NCBI RefSeq assembly: GCF_038025025.1 | Contig: NW_027117338.1 | Location: 2,542,001-2,606,000, forward strand | Origin: Phyllosticta citribraziliensis | Taxonomy: Eukaryota | Reading direction: 5' to 3' | Length of the DNA stretch: 64,000 nucleotides | Part shown: in pieces, positions 23,070 through 35,960 of the stretch | Position numbering within the stretch: the stretch's first letter is position 1 | How the letters are laid out: each line of letters opens with the position of its first letter | Translations under genes and position numbers: made by a program | The notes under the pieces: generated by a model | Told to the model about the DNA's origin: nothing | The model's input: only the letters and a program-made list of their open reading frames with translations | Database searches by the model: none

Positions 23070-25569
23070 TCACTGCACCTGATTGACAATTTCTTGAGCG
23101 CGCGACAGGGACTCGACCATCTGCTGGCATTCCTTCCGGCGGCGGACCGTGTACTCGCTCTCCTTGAGAAGGTCGTCGAGCTGCTCGATGCGGTACATGT
23201 TTTCGAGAAGCTCGCGTTGCATTTCTTCCTTGGTGTACCTGCATCATGGCCAGTCAGTCAAAGTGTGCTAAACAGCCGCCGTTCAGCGGCGGAGACTTAC
23301 GAGACAAGGTTCAACATGATGGCCTTGGGGACCATGTCAATCATGGTCCTCCTGACAATGCCAAAGTAGGAGCTGATGAGCAGCTTGATGACTTCGACCT
23401 CCTGGGCTTCCTTTTCGGACAGGGTGCCGCTGGCCTTGAGCTGCGGCGGCGGTGCTTCCATGGCCGCCATCTTCTTCTTGTTTTTGCTGGCGAAGAAGCT
23501 ACCGAAGAAGCCGCTGTTGCCATCGCCAACATTGGGGTCGAGCGAGGGACTGGCTGAACGGGGAGGGACGGCGCTCTGAGGCAGAGGCTTGCCCGTCTTC
23601 GGATCGACTTGGACGGGTTTGGCCGCGTTGTGGCGCTCGTGGACAATCGCCATAGCCTTTACGCGTCTGTTAGTATTGGCGTCGATGGCCGTGGGGATGG
23701 AGTTTCTTTGGGGTAATTGGGAAGCTGAAGAAAATTGCGGGAAACATTGACTGACCCTGGAGCCGTTGATGAAATCCGGGTGTCCTGTGTTGATGTAGCA
23801 AGACTCCATGGCCACGAGATCCTTGACCAACTTGTTGGTAGGATCCATGGCTTTCTTGAAGAACTGCACAACGACGGCTTGAAACTTTTCCTTCAAAGCC
23901 GGGTATCTTCGGAACATGGGCTTGGTCAGGAGTTGAGTCAAGATGCGAATCAATTCGTCGTAAACAAGCGAAACACACTTCAAGCTGGGATCCTCCAGCC
24001 TCTTGATTTGTTGCTTCGCAATCAACTCAAAAGCTGTGGTTCCAACAAACAGCGCAGGGGAAGAGCCGGAAGAGTTGTACAAGACTGTGCGGATGTCGAC
24101 ATCCTTGATCTGGTCAAACGGATCCACGGCCTTGACACCGTTGGCGTAGAGCTCGTGGTAGACGAAGCTGATACGAGCACCACCGGAAAGTTCAATGCTC
24201 GACAACTCCTGGTTGTTGCCCTCCAGTACCGAGCGGTACTCGTTGGAAAATTCAGTAATCATGTTGAGGACGATGTTGGACGAGTTGCCGAGCATGGAAT
24301 CTCCTAGCTGTCCCAATTCGGCGGCATACTTTTGGAGAGAGGAAGCGATACGAGCCTTGATGTCTGGAAGGGTTTGCTTGATGTGCATCATCAAGATCTG
24401 ATTGAGCGTTAGCTTGGTCTTACCAATAAATCCAAGTATCAACCCACCAAGTTGAGCTTGCGGGCCAGATACGGCGTTCCGCAGTACGAGGCCTTGTTCT
24501 TGTACGCTCTGTGGTTCTCGAAGAAGCTCTTCTCGTGTTCCAGCGCGTAGGAAATGGCCTTCTTGTTCTCAATATCCCTCTGACCACGGTTGACGACCGG
24601 GACGTATCCCAATCTCAGAGGGATGATGCGGCCCGCCAGGATATCCACGACGTCGGTTCCCTCATCCATGAGATCGACCTTGGTCAACACACCAATCGTC
24701 CTTTGACCTTCCGGATCAACTTCTCTCGCCAACTTCAAGCCGTCCGAGTTGGCCAAGTCCGTGTTGGCGGCGGTGACGGCCAATATTATAGCATTAGGTT
24801 TGCTAATCTGCTTCAGCACCATCTCCCTGATCTGTCTCTCAATGTCCCTAGGCTGGTCGCCGACCGGAACCTTTGTGAGACCGGGCAAGTCGACCAGGGT
24901 CAAGGTAAGGACGTTTGGAGAGTAAATGCGCAAGTTGATTGGGGCCGGCGAGATGCCTGCATTGCGACCCGTCTTGGATTCCGTCTCGCGCACAATCTCT
25001 TCGCGGATCTTGTTGAAATCGTAAAACTTCTGGCCCGGGATATGCAGGAATTCACCCCACTCGTCGACGTTGGACTGGTTATCGGTGGTCTCGACGCTTT
25101 CGGAAACGCCGTTGGCCTGTGTCTTTGCGCTCGCGGGGCGGTTGATGAGTTGCAAGATGAGAGGGCGTCGGGTAACAATGCCAGTACCACGAGGCAAGCT
25201 GCAGGCATGGGAGGTCAGCTAGTTGCCTGCGCACATGGCCCTAGCAGACTTTCTGGGGAGAACTTACAAGTCGCGTCCCACGATGTTTTCCAGCACCGAA
25301 CTCTTTCCACTCGACTGTGAGCCGACGACGGCGATTTGGGGCAAGTCTATGGGATTTTGGACCTAAAGTGACAGGCGTCAGTGGTTCTGCAGGGCTCGGC
25401 GGGTTCGCGAGCAGATGGACGTACGCCGACGGTGGTGAAGACATCCTGGAGCTTGTTGACGAGGGTGATCAAGCCCGGGTCATTGACGTTTATCCTGAGC
25501 TCAGGGTTAGCGACAACCATGGTCGAGTGACGGGCTTGGAGCGCACGCTGTGGGGTTGTTCGCAGCCAT
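23070..25569 (-). CDS. VPS1: Dynamin-like GTPase Vps1/VpsA
   Basis: [66 protein letters not shown], middle domain and GED ending EIVNQVQ*. Confidence 0.95.
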
Positions 25570-26118
25570 GTTGTCGGGTTCGCGGTGGTGGAGGCCGCGA
25601 GCGGGAACGAGCCAGGCGGGCTTTGGGTATCAAATGCGGATAGCTGCAAAGACGACGGCTAGTGGGTCTAGCGATGAGGAAGCTTGATGTGAGGTTGCGG
25701 GTGTTGTCTTGAGCCAGAGGCAGTAAGGTGCACATACGTTGCGGCCACAGGAGACCGGGACCCAGTGCCTGCCAGGCAGCGCGGCCAGAGCACGAGCCTC
25801 CTTCCAGCTTGCTGCACCGCCACCAGAGTTGCTCTCACAGGCACCTCAGGCACCATACCTATGTAACCATGTGCCAGCCTCCCCACAACTGCGAAACGAG
25901 CGCCCAGTCGCCAAATTTGTTTCCACCCTGGTCACATCTGCAGATGGCTTATGCAAAGCCGTATATTCAGTCCAGCATTCAACCACGGCCACAAATCATC
26001 ATATACATTCTACATGGCACTGGTATCCCTACCGCAGGCGAACAAAAAACATTCCTAACGCTCCACTTATATACTACATTTGAACTCGTCCAGGAAACAT
26101 CACCAACGCTCGTCAGCT

Positions 26119-28305
26119 TTACTCGTCCGTCACCGACGCAAACTTCTCCTGCATCTTTTGGAAGAGCTCCTCGTACTGTGTCCCGGTCAGCTTGGGTTCC
26201 ATATGCACAGAAAGATCCGTGTCTGCTTACCTTCTTGGTAATGGCCTCCTCGCCCTCGCTGGGCAGCTCGAACTTCATGTTTCGCAGGCTTGTTTGGATG
26301 TCCGCAGTCGCCTCCCTGATCTTGGACCAGTTCTGGCCCTGGGCGACGGCCTTTTGAGCCTCATCGTAGAAGCCAACCATGGCCTTCATCATCCACTCGG
26401 TCTTCCACAGCGGGCAGAACTGGTCGTAGTCACTGTAGCCGTTCTGCTGCAGGAAGTCTTCCTTGAGGAGGGTCGCGACATCCAGAGTGATCTTGTCAGA
26501 GTCACCGAGCGCAGACTTTCCGACGAGCTGAACGACCTGGTCGAGATCCTCAGACGTAGTCAGCAGCTCCTTGATACGGGAGCTGAGGCGAGGGAACTCG
26601 GGGTTGTGCTCCGCGTAGTACGTCTCCAGAGGCTTCGTGTACTTGGAGTAGGACATGGCAGTGTTGATCGAAGGGAAGTGCTTGCGTTGAGCAAGCTTCT
26701 TGTCCAAACCCCAGAAGACCTGCACAATACCGAGAGTAGAGCTAGTTACGGGGTCGGAGAAGTCACCACCAGGCGGGCTGACGGCACCAACGATACTGAC
26801 ACTGCCCTTCCTGTCGGGGCTTCCCAGAGCGGTGACGCGACCGGCACGTTCGTAGAAGGAGGCCAGCTTCGCACCGAGGTAGGCGGGGAAGCCTTGGTCA
26901 GCAGGCATTTCTCCGAGACGACCAGAAATCTCACGGAGGGCTTCGGCCCAACGCGACGAAGAGTCGGCCATCATAGCAACATTCTTGCCCTGGTCGCGGA
27001 AATATTCGGCGACAGTAATTCCTGTGTAGATGGAGGCTTCACGAGCAGCGACAGGCATGTTGGAAGTGTTGGCGATGAGGGAGGTGCGCTTCATGATGGG
27101 CTCCTCGCGGCCGTTGACGTTGATGGTGAGCTGTGAATTTGTTAGCATCCCCAAACAAGTGTTTCGAATCAAGCACCTACTTCGGGGAAGTCCATCAAGA
27201 CCTCAGCCATCTCGTTGCCACGCTCACCACAACCGACATAAACAATGATGTCACTGTTGGAGAACTTGGACAAACTCTGGGAAATGACAGTCTTTCCGCA
27301 GCCGAAGGCACCGGGAATGCAAACAGTGCCACCTTGCACACTTGGGAAGAGGGCGTCCAGGACCCGCTGTCCGACGATCAAGGGCGAGTCCGAAGACAGC
27401 TTGTCGTTGACCGGACGGGGCACACGGACGGGCCAGTTGTGCATCATGCTGTACTCCGTCTTCTTGCCGTCAAACTCGACCTCCAAAATATTCTCGTCCA
27501 CATTGTAGCTGCCCTTCTCCGCAATGCGTGTAATAGTACCGCGAGCTCTAGGAGGAAGAAGGATCTTGTGGTCGCTCAAAAGAGAGTTCTCGAAAACGCT
27601 GCCAAAGACATCACCGCCAGTGATGTGATCGCCAACCTTGAGGGTACCGGGCTGAAAGTCCCACTTGATGGAACGGTCCAAAGAAGGAACGTCGATACCG
27701 CGGGGGATGTAGATGCTCTTCGATACGTCGGAAATGCTGCGGAGGGGACGCTGAATACCGTCGTAGATGGTTTCCATCAGACCGGGACCGAGTTCGACGG
27801 ACAGAGGCTTTCCTGAACGAACGACGGGGTCGCCGACCGTCACACCGGCTGCGTCGCATTAGCCATCTTGCTTAGCTTTGTGTTGTGCCTCCACATTGAA
27901 GCTCACCGGTTTCCTCGTAGACCTGAATAGTGGCTTTGTCCGCCTCAATTCGAATGACTTCTCCGACAAGCTTATCGTGGCCGACGCGGACAAGCTCGTA
28001 CATGGCACATCCGATCATGTTCTCGGCGATGATGACGGGACTGGATTGTTGGTCAGATCAGGCATCCCGAGGACGCTGTTCGAGTACGTACCCGGAAATG
28101 GAGAAGACGGAGCCTGCGCGCGCATTCATTAGCATCCATTGCGACGGTGGACTGTCTAGATGTCGAAGGGAGGGTTGTCATACCATAGAGGTCTTCGCCG
28201 GCTTCCTGGGCCTTACGCTGCGATTGCTTCTGCAAGTTGCGACGTCAGCCACCGCCTTTCTAGATTGTCAATGCGGGGACGAGATTTGGAGCTTACAGGA
28301 GGCAT
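26119..28305 (-). CDS. VMA1: V-type H+-ATPase catalytic subunit A (no intein)
   Basis: P-loop [38 protein letters not shown]. Nine-nt first exon ATGCCTCCT in CCACC context, last exon [18 protein letters not shown]. Confidence 0.96.
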
Positions 28306-29011
28306 GGTGGGTTTGAGAGCTGCTTGGTCGTCAGTAGGGGTTCTGGAAACGTTGAAATAAGGTCGAGAGCGGTTGTACGTGGGCGAGTCGGGAAGTGGGA
28401 CCTCGTAAGGTGCTTGTGGCTCGTCCTCGTCTGGCTCCGACGTTGGATTGGGAGTCGTGGGTCGTACAGAGAGGCGGTCGATGTTCTGATCAGAGACTAG
28501 GTCGATGAGAGAGGGCCGGGCCTTGAGCTGCGGGCGGAGACCAAGCATGCACCTAGGGCGGCAAGACGTGCGGGATGGGAGGTGGTGGGAGCTGTGCGGT
28601 GTTGGCGGGAGCTCGTCACAAGCTGAGGCTATCCCGGTCCACCTGCTCTTGGCGCATGGGCCCCACGAAACATCCCCGCCGCATCCAGATCCAGATCCTG
28701 CCCAACTGTCGAGCCATCATCAACATTTGGGGTGTTTGGAGGCTTGATTGAGAGATTGCATCCTCGCTTTCGCGCTCATCTAGTTCCTCGAAGACCGTCC
28801 GCCTCGCCCTACGGAGCTTGAACCCGTCAAATCCACTCGCCAACCTCGCTCCCCGAGTTCCAGAGTCTAACAAGGATTGCATGGTTCCAATGCGTTTCGA
28901 GTGTGGCCAGTCCGAACACCATGAAGAACCTATATGGAAAGTCTGTTTGCTCAAAACACTCGGTAATCGTTTTCGACTCGGTACACCTATACCAATTGGA
29001 CCGACTCCAAG

Positions 29012-30070
29012 CTAGCTCGTCAAATCCTCCCACACTCCACCATGCTGTCTGAATCTGTATTTACCGGCCTCGATCGCAATTGGCTCCTGACCCTGGCTTT
29101 TATACTTGCGCTCACTCGGCAAGTGGCCTGGATAGCACTGCTGAACATGGGCCAAGATCAATGTTGCATGCTGTCCATAATTTCTGTCTCCGCACAGAGA
29201 ATCCGCGTCGTCAGACAGGTCGGAATCGTCGCGCTGCTGTTGCAGCGGCTCAGAGGAATCCTCCTCCTCCTCCTCCTCCTCCACTCTTGTAAAGACGAGC
29301 GAGCCAATGACCCATGGAGACGGTAAGGGAGGGCTGATTGGTCCGTCAGAAACTAGAGAGTCGGCACGCACGGTCGTCTTGATCGGAGCTGGACGAGGCG
29401 GTGGTGAAGGCGGCGGTGGTGGACTTTGCTGCTTTCGTCCCTGGTCCTCCTCATCCTCAATGTATCCAACAGAGACATGTTCATGAACGACTTCCTCCTC
29501 ACGCGGCCAAATGACAGCAAACGAGGATACGCGGTGTCGAGCAACGTGGCCCTCGGCCAAGTCGTAAAGGGTGCCCATTCGAAGTCCTCCATCCAGGTAT
29601 GCGACGTCGTTACTGAGGCCGTCCATCATCTTCCCGTGGCTGAAATTCTTGACCTCGAGGACACTGACAGCCGGCTGGATGGGAAGCATTTTCCTCCAGC
29701 TTGCTTCAGCCCGGGTGAACGCCTGTCTTCGCTCGTCTGTCCAGTCCATCTCGTCGAATGCCTCGATGCCAGGCATGTGGTGACGGTGACGAATCTCGTC
29801 AAACCACGCCGGAAAGGCCGCTTCCAGGAGAGGATTGGACTTCCATCTTGTCGAGCCAATGGGATTCGTCTGCTGAGGCTCTGGTCGAAAGAAAAGTGCT
29901 TGCTGGAGGGGAACTGACGACGCGACAATGACCTTCCACACGCGCGACACTTGTTGTGAGTGCAGGATGGTCGCGATAGAACAGGACAGTAGAATCCGTT
30001 CCAAGAGATCCGGGTTTCCAAGAACAAAAGCTCTGGCCGTTATTCCTTGAGACATGCTTGCTTGCTCCAT
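29012..30070 (-). CDS. F-box domain protein
   Basis: VLGNPDLLERILL..ILHSQQVSRVWKVIVASSVPLQQALFF, NPLL and EASWRKML motifs of a common fungal F-box family. Start at 30070 or 30055. Confidence 0.8.
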   Translation of the reverse strand: MEQASMSQGITARAFVLGNPDLLERILLSCSIATILHSQQVSRVWKVIVASSVPLQQALFFRPEPQQTNPIGSTRWKSNPLLEAAFPAWFDEIRHRHHMPGIEAFDEMDWTDERRQAFTRAEASWRKMLPIQPAVSVLEVKNFSHGKMMDGLSNDVAYLDGGLRMGTLYDLAEGHVARHRVSSFAVIWPREEEVVHEHVSVGYIEDEEDQGRKQQSPPPPPSPPPRPAPIKTTVRADSLVSDGPISPPLPSPWVIGSLVFTRVEEEEEEEDSSEPLQQQRDDSDLSDDADSLCGDRNYGQHATLILAHVQQCYPGHLPSERKYKSQGQEPIAIEAGKYRFRQHGGVWEDLTS

Positions 30071-31781
30071 GTGAAAGAATGTCAAAAGAGAAGAAACTCC
30101 AGGCCCTGAATCCTCAACTCAGGATTCATTTGTTCCCCACTGGATCTTATCACTCACTCATTAGCCAGGGGAACCAGGACATTGCGAAAGTCGACTGCCC
30201 CGATTTGTGGAGGACCGCCGGGACAAGCCGAAGGCGTTGATCCTTCAGTAGATGGAAAGGGACGTCAGGGACGAATCACTCCACTGCGTTCCATCCTCCA
30301 CTTTCTCACGCCCGCGATGGTCACTTTACCGCTTGAGGCGTCCAAGAGATGTCGTGGCACCTCACACTGACCGAGAAAACATCAGATGCCTTTAGAGAGG
30401 AGCTTGGTCCATGGGTGCCATTCTTCAAGCACATTCGCACTTCCAAGCCAACAACTCCGGGTTCACCGGCTCATCCATTCAGCAGGCGAATCTTGGACCT
30501 CGATCTCTTCCGGGACAGCAGGTGAATGGACAGATACCCCAAGGCGCTTGCACGAAACACACGTGCGTAGTCTGCACTTTCCATCGCGTATTTTGTGCAT
30601 GGTTCCAATGCTGTGGACTAGCAGGTAAGATTCTGCACAATTGGAATCGGCTCGCAAGGCGAGCGTGGATGGAACCATTCTCTGTGGTCATTAAACTCCA
30701 CAGAAGACATTGTCTCTCTTATGAGTTGTTTCACAAAAGCCTTCACAAAGCCCATCGCACTGCCCCGGATGAGAGTTCGACATGCAGCTATTACCAAGGC
30801 ATGCTTTTCGAGTCAGCAGACCAACTGACTGCCGAGCGCAAGCCAGTAAGCACCAGAAAGAGAAATGACGAGCACGCGGACCAATCGGAACTTCCTGGCA
30901 ATCAGAGCAGGGCAAGACATGGGATAACGTGGTTCGTGCAAACTATTGTTACTTGCATGGCTCGAATCACCATAAGAGAAATAGTGAGTGATTGATTGCT
31001 CACTGTCTCCATGTCTTCAGAATCAGTGCATGCTTCCTGCGTAGAGGGTCTCCACAAGCCATGAAAGTTCCTGTTCCAGCCTTTCGAGAAAGTCGGAAAA
31101 TCCAGTCAGCTTCTCTGATTGCAGAAGGAGTGAGTTGCAAGAGAGCCGCAGCAGAATGGCAGCAAATCAACGCCCCGTCATATGAACAGGCAACTTGCTT
31201 CAGCAGCCACTCACCAAGCCACCGGCGCTTACCGTGCTTTCCGCCCGGTCACCCGGATCCTGAGATATCTTCGGCTACTGTGAACCGAGCAGACAGGGTT
31301 TCATAGCATAGAAGAGCTGCGCGCAGCGAAGTGACCTAGTGCTTAGGTGGTTGTGCTGTGGGGGCGAAAGCTGTGGGGGTTGAGAGAACAACCTGCCGAG
31401 GCGCGCAGAGAATAAGTGGTCTCAAAATGTACGTTCGTCATAGAACCGGGTGCCATCAGAGCATGAGAAAGCGGCTTGGTCGAGAGACGGAACTGGTTGT
31501 TGATTTGTCTGTTCTAGGCATTACGCACTAAGCTTACAATGTTCCGCCTTGTAGATCAAATGCACAGTAGGCAAAAGAAACGAACCCGACCCTTGAGTAT
31601 TCAATCACTCATACAGCTGTACCTGGGAAACCGTTACAACCACAGATCAAATGAGCCCAGGGATTCTCCGTTCAAGGGTCCTGTTAACAACACCTACGGA
31701 TCGCACAGACCCTTCGCTACCACTCAACACCACCAGCAGACAAAACAAAGAGCAAAAGAAAAGAGCAAAAGGAGCACAGGT

Positions 31782-31864
31782 CAAATTGGCCAGGACTTGA
31801 ACCTGGGACTTGCTGTGGATGCGATGTTTAACCACAGCATGCGTTACCACTACGCCACCAATCC
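31782..31864 (-). ncRNA. tRNA-like Pol III unit, copy 2 (non-canonical anticodon arm)
   Basis: On the minus strand: GGATTGG TG GCGT-AGTGGTA-ACGC A TGCTGTGG-TTAAACATCGCAT-CCACAGCA AGTC CCAGG-TTCAAGT-CCTGG CCAATTT. Consensus box A and box B, upstream TATATAA, downstream T runs. Confidence 0.8.
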
Positions 31865-32305
31865 ATAAACGTTTAGTGGTTGTGCTGTATAGTGCGTAGG
31901 GGATTGCGACACATTATATACCAATATTTCGTGGCAACAATCAGAGAGGCCTACGGGCAGAGATGTTCATTTCTTTCCCTATCCACTGGATTTTCACCTG
32001 GCCTACTTTCCCGGTCGATAAAGGCATGATCGCCTCCGCGCTGGCGGACCCCTCAACTGGTAGCTTCATCAACCTTGCTCGTGTACTGTGTGGTCCACCA
32101 AACATCTCGATCACGTCCTGTTGAAGGTCGAAGAGACCACGTACAAGTTTTTAATTTACCATACATACATCAAAGAGCCTGGGGTATTAGGCCGATTGAC
32201 ACGCCAAAAGCAGAAAAGCCAGACCCTAATCTTCTTTTCGAAGGTTTCAAAAAGTCTTGCGCGCGCGCGAAGAGCAAGAGCAATTATGGAGACGATCCGC
32301 AAGTA

Positions 32306-33510
32306 TTACTCCGCCGACTTCTCAACCCGAAAATTGACTCTGGGGAAGTGCAGCTGAATCTCCTCGCCCGTCTCCGTCTCGACCTCGACGACGACCTCCT
32401 CAGGGGTGAGGCCGACCAACATGCCCTTGTCGTGATGCGTGAAGCCGGAATCGGTCGGCCAGACCTCGACGACGTCGCCCCTGTTGACGCCGGCGACCTC
32501 CTCGTCAATCTCCTTGACCTTGACCTGCTCCGCAAAGCCCGCCATCTCCATCAGCTCGGCCGCCTTCTCGCCGTCGATCTGGCGCGGGTGCTTCTCCTTC
32601 TCGGCCTCCCAGCAGCGGTTGTCGGCCAGGAAGCGGCGCCAGCGCTGCAGCCACGCCCACGTCTTGGGGTAGCGCGTCTGCCAGCGCTCGCGCTCCTCGC
32701 CCGACACGGCGCCCTCCATGGACGCGTCGTGCAGCAGCCAGTCGAACACCCACACGCCGTGGATGTCGGCCACGCTGGGCCCGTCCATGTACGACTTGGC
32801 CAGCCAGTCGCGCCCGTCGGCCAGCATCGTCGTCTCGAGGAACCGCAGCGATGTCTCCAGCTGCACCATGGCGAACTGCCGCGTCGCCGCCCACGACTCG
32901 CCCGTGTCCGCCTTGCGCCCCGTGAACTCTTCGCGGTCGCGCAGCGTCGCGTCGTCCTGCGCCAGCGGCGAGTTGGGCGGGATCAGCTGCGTTGCGCGCC
33001 AGAAGACGCCGCCGTCGACGGTCCAGTTTTCGAGCAGCGCGGCGAGACCGTGGTCGCTGGCGGAAAGCACTCGCAGGCCGGGGTAGACGGGTGACGGCGG
33101 GAATAGTTGGTCGAGCTTGCGGATGATGAGGCATGTGTCGCAATATACATCGCGCCCGATGGCGAGGATGGGAATCCGTCGGTGTTTAATGTTGAGGCGG
33201 TCCGAGAGCTCCGGACGAGGCAGACGGTTTGGTTGAATGCATACGCGGTAGCTGATCTTGCGGAGGTCAAGATACCTGTGGCGAAGTCAGTAATTGCTTT
33301 GAAGAAGTAGTCTTTTGATATGCGAAAAGTGTCAAGTCTACAACCACCGTCCTCGACGACGAGGGCACAGTTGAATCAAGAGAAACCCAACAGACTCCAA
33401 TATTCCACGTTAACATAACCAACAAAAGCAAGTACTTACCAACTGACCCTCCTCGCAAAGACCGAGCCGGGGTAGCAGAACAGAATGATTGGAATTCCTT
33501 CGTCCGACAT
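32306..33510 (-). CDS. Glutathione S-transferase-like protein
   Basis: MSDEGIPIILFCYPGSVFARRVSW|YLDLRKI..QPNRLPRP..RRIPILAIGRDVYCDT, PSVADIH, and a C-terminal VEVWPTDSG..LHFPRVNF. One intron. Confidence 0.85.
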
Positions 33511-33994
33511 TGTGAAGACCTGGGCTGCGCGACGATTGTGCACCGAGTCGACTCCTTTCTCAGTATGAGCGGGGGTTGGGCGTCATGTTAAATACGCACC
33601 ACGTCCCAAGAGTGCCCAGTCAGGCCATGCCAGCACTGCTATCCCATGGTTAGCATGCTCCAACTTGTATAGACACTACAGTGAAACGACCTACTGCGTT
33701 TCAGATCAAAGCCAAGCCCTTACCACTATAAAGAGCCTCCTCTGATCAAGCTCGTCTTCGCATTCGGGAGAGATTGCTTGGTGCCAGCCAAGGTGCCGTT
33801 GCCTGTTGCTTCTCGAACGGATCGTCTGGGGCAGAAACACCGACAAAGAGTGACCCGTGGAAGCTTTCCAATTGTTTCTATTCTTCCACCCTTGTGTCTA
33901 TCCAAAGAGAACGTCCAACCAGTTGCTTGCCGAAAACCACAATGCTTGGCTCTTTTCCTCCAGTCTAACGCCCTTCAGATGGATTAATTCTAAT

Positions 33995-35960
33995 TTAGCC
34001 GGGTCCCGGTTTCATGTGTATCCAACCACCCTCTGGACCCCACTTCCCTGCTTTGGTAAAGTCGCCCGCAAGCGCACCCTTCATGTACGCAAATCGAAAG
34101 TATTCGGGTAGATTAGCGTCTTGTCTCACCCAGGTAAAGTTGGTCTTTTCTTCGTCTTGATAAGTGTGGAAACGCTCCACGTCGTTGACTAAGACGCTAA
34201 TGCCGTCGTACGTCTCGGGGAGCGGGAGTTTCCACTCGAAGGTGATGTTTGGCAAAACGCCCAGGGCTGGATCCGTGATGTTGTGAATGATGGGAGGGAG
34301 GATCATAGGGAGAGGGGTGCCAAGATGAGCATCCTGGCGCAATTCCAGGGGTGTTTGAAGGATGCTGTCGAAACCCCAGCGAGCAATGCCGTTGATGAAG
34401 AGGCCGACCAGAATACCTTGATACAGCATGCTGGGTCGATTCTGCATTGCCGTGCCGGGCAGGAGCAGCAACGCCAGAATGTAATGATGGATGCGAACAT
34501 TCATTTTGGGAACAGCGACCAATGCTAGGAGGCAGGCTGCCATGATGCCATACAGAGCCAGGTAACGTGGAAGTCGGCCTTCGATGCGAAGAGCCCACGC
34601 TTGGCCCAATGCAATGCTAAACAAGGAAAGCACAATGATGATGAGAGCCGGAACAGCTCCAGGCTGTTGCTTGATATCATGAGGCGTCAAGCGTTCGATG
34701 GGTATCTTGTCAAAAGTGTAGTTGTTCAGGGCACCGACCCAGCACCCCCCGAGCCAGAGGACGGTCTTCTCGATCTGTGCAGACAGGCCGGTCAACGTCG
34801 GGCGGACAGAATATCTGTAGATTGCAAAAGCGCAAAATGCAGCTGGGAGGAAGCGGCCGAGAGCAATGCTAACGATGGAATAGTAGTCTGTGAGATTGGG
34901 CGGATCGGATGCCAGCGCCACGTGGAAAAAGATGCCAAAGAAGGCCGAGGGAAAGAAGACGGCCGGGGACGTGGTGAATAGCGAAAGAAGTATCGTAAAG
35001 GTGAGTGAGACGGCCAGAAGCGGCCACCTCAGATCGCGACACTGAGAGGCTGTGCCTTCGACGAATGTGTAAGAAAGGGGGAAGTATGAATCAAACTCGA
35101 TGCTTGATATTCCATGACGATTCGACGAGGGAAAGCCGCTGTGCTCTCCCACGCGAGAGATGACTCCGCATCCGCCGTCCTGGTTGCTGACGAAGCCGGC
35201 GTGAATGGCAGAGCCGCATATGAATGAGTCTCCCCGGTAAATGCTGCTGTGGAGATGGTCCTCGACGTGCTCCTCGGAGGGGCCTCCAATGACGAGCGGC
35301 TTGTAGTTGATCTCCTGGTCACCCACGGCATGAGGATTGACGACTTGGACACGCTTGCAGTTGGCCGGGCACCGGAACGGGAAAGAGCTGTTTCCGAAAG
35401 GACGGCATTGGTCGCCATTCAGACCACAGCCATTGTTGTCGGCCCTGCTACGGGTCAACCCTTGTGCTTGACGAACCGGAGGGCGGGCCGCGGAAATCTT
35501 ACCAAAACCTCGAGGAGCAGCTGACTCTGACGGGAGAGCCGTAACCGGCTATTTCGGTGGAGAAGGCGGAGCGGCGCAAAACGAGGGAGAAGGACAGCAG
35601 CCAGGCGACGTAGAAGACGGCCAGCAACCAGATCTTTTGCTTGCGCTTGGGCAAATACTTGTCGAGCAGGCGCGTGGGAGCAGTCTGGATGGCCGGGAAG
35701 AAGGGCCTGATCTTGTAAGGGCGTGGAGGCTGCGGGCCCTTGATCCATGTAGCAACCGAGTTTATGACGCGCTGAACAGACCTTGGGACTTGTTTCGGAG
35801 CCTGAGGCGGGACTGCGAGGTCGTCGGCGCGTTCATAGTCCTGGTTGTTGATGGCCGTCACATCAGAGCCAGCGGTGCTCGTAGCATCATCGCGGTACTC
35901 GTGGCGAGCTTGAGGCGGCGAGAGGGTGGAATCGGAGTCGGTGGGTGGTAGCTGCGGCAT
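33995..35960 (-). CDS. LCCL-domain multi-pass membrane protein
   Basis: CGLNGDQCRPF..FRCPANC, YRGDSFICGSAIHAG..GGCG (LCCL), many TM helices, RIHHY..GIARWGFDSILQT. One intron at about 35498-35448. Confidence 0.85.

Noticed and set aside
27195..27250. VDE/PI-SceI intein in VMA1
   Set aside because: The insertion site [12 protein letters not shown] is contiguous, so no intein is present.
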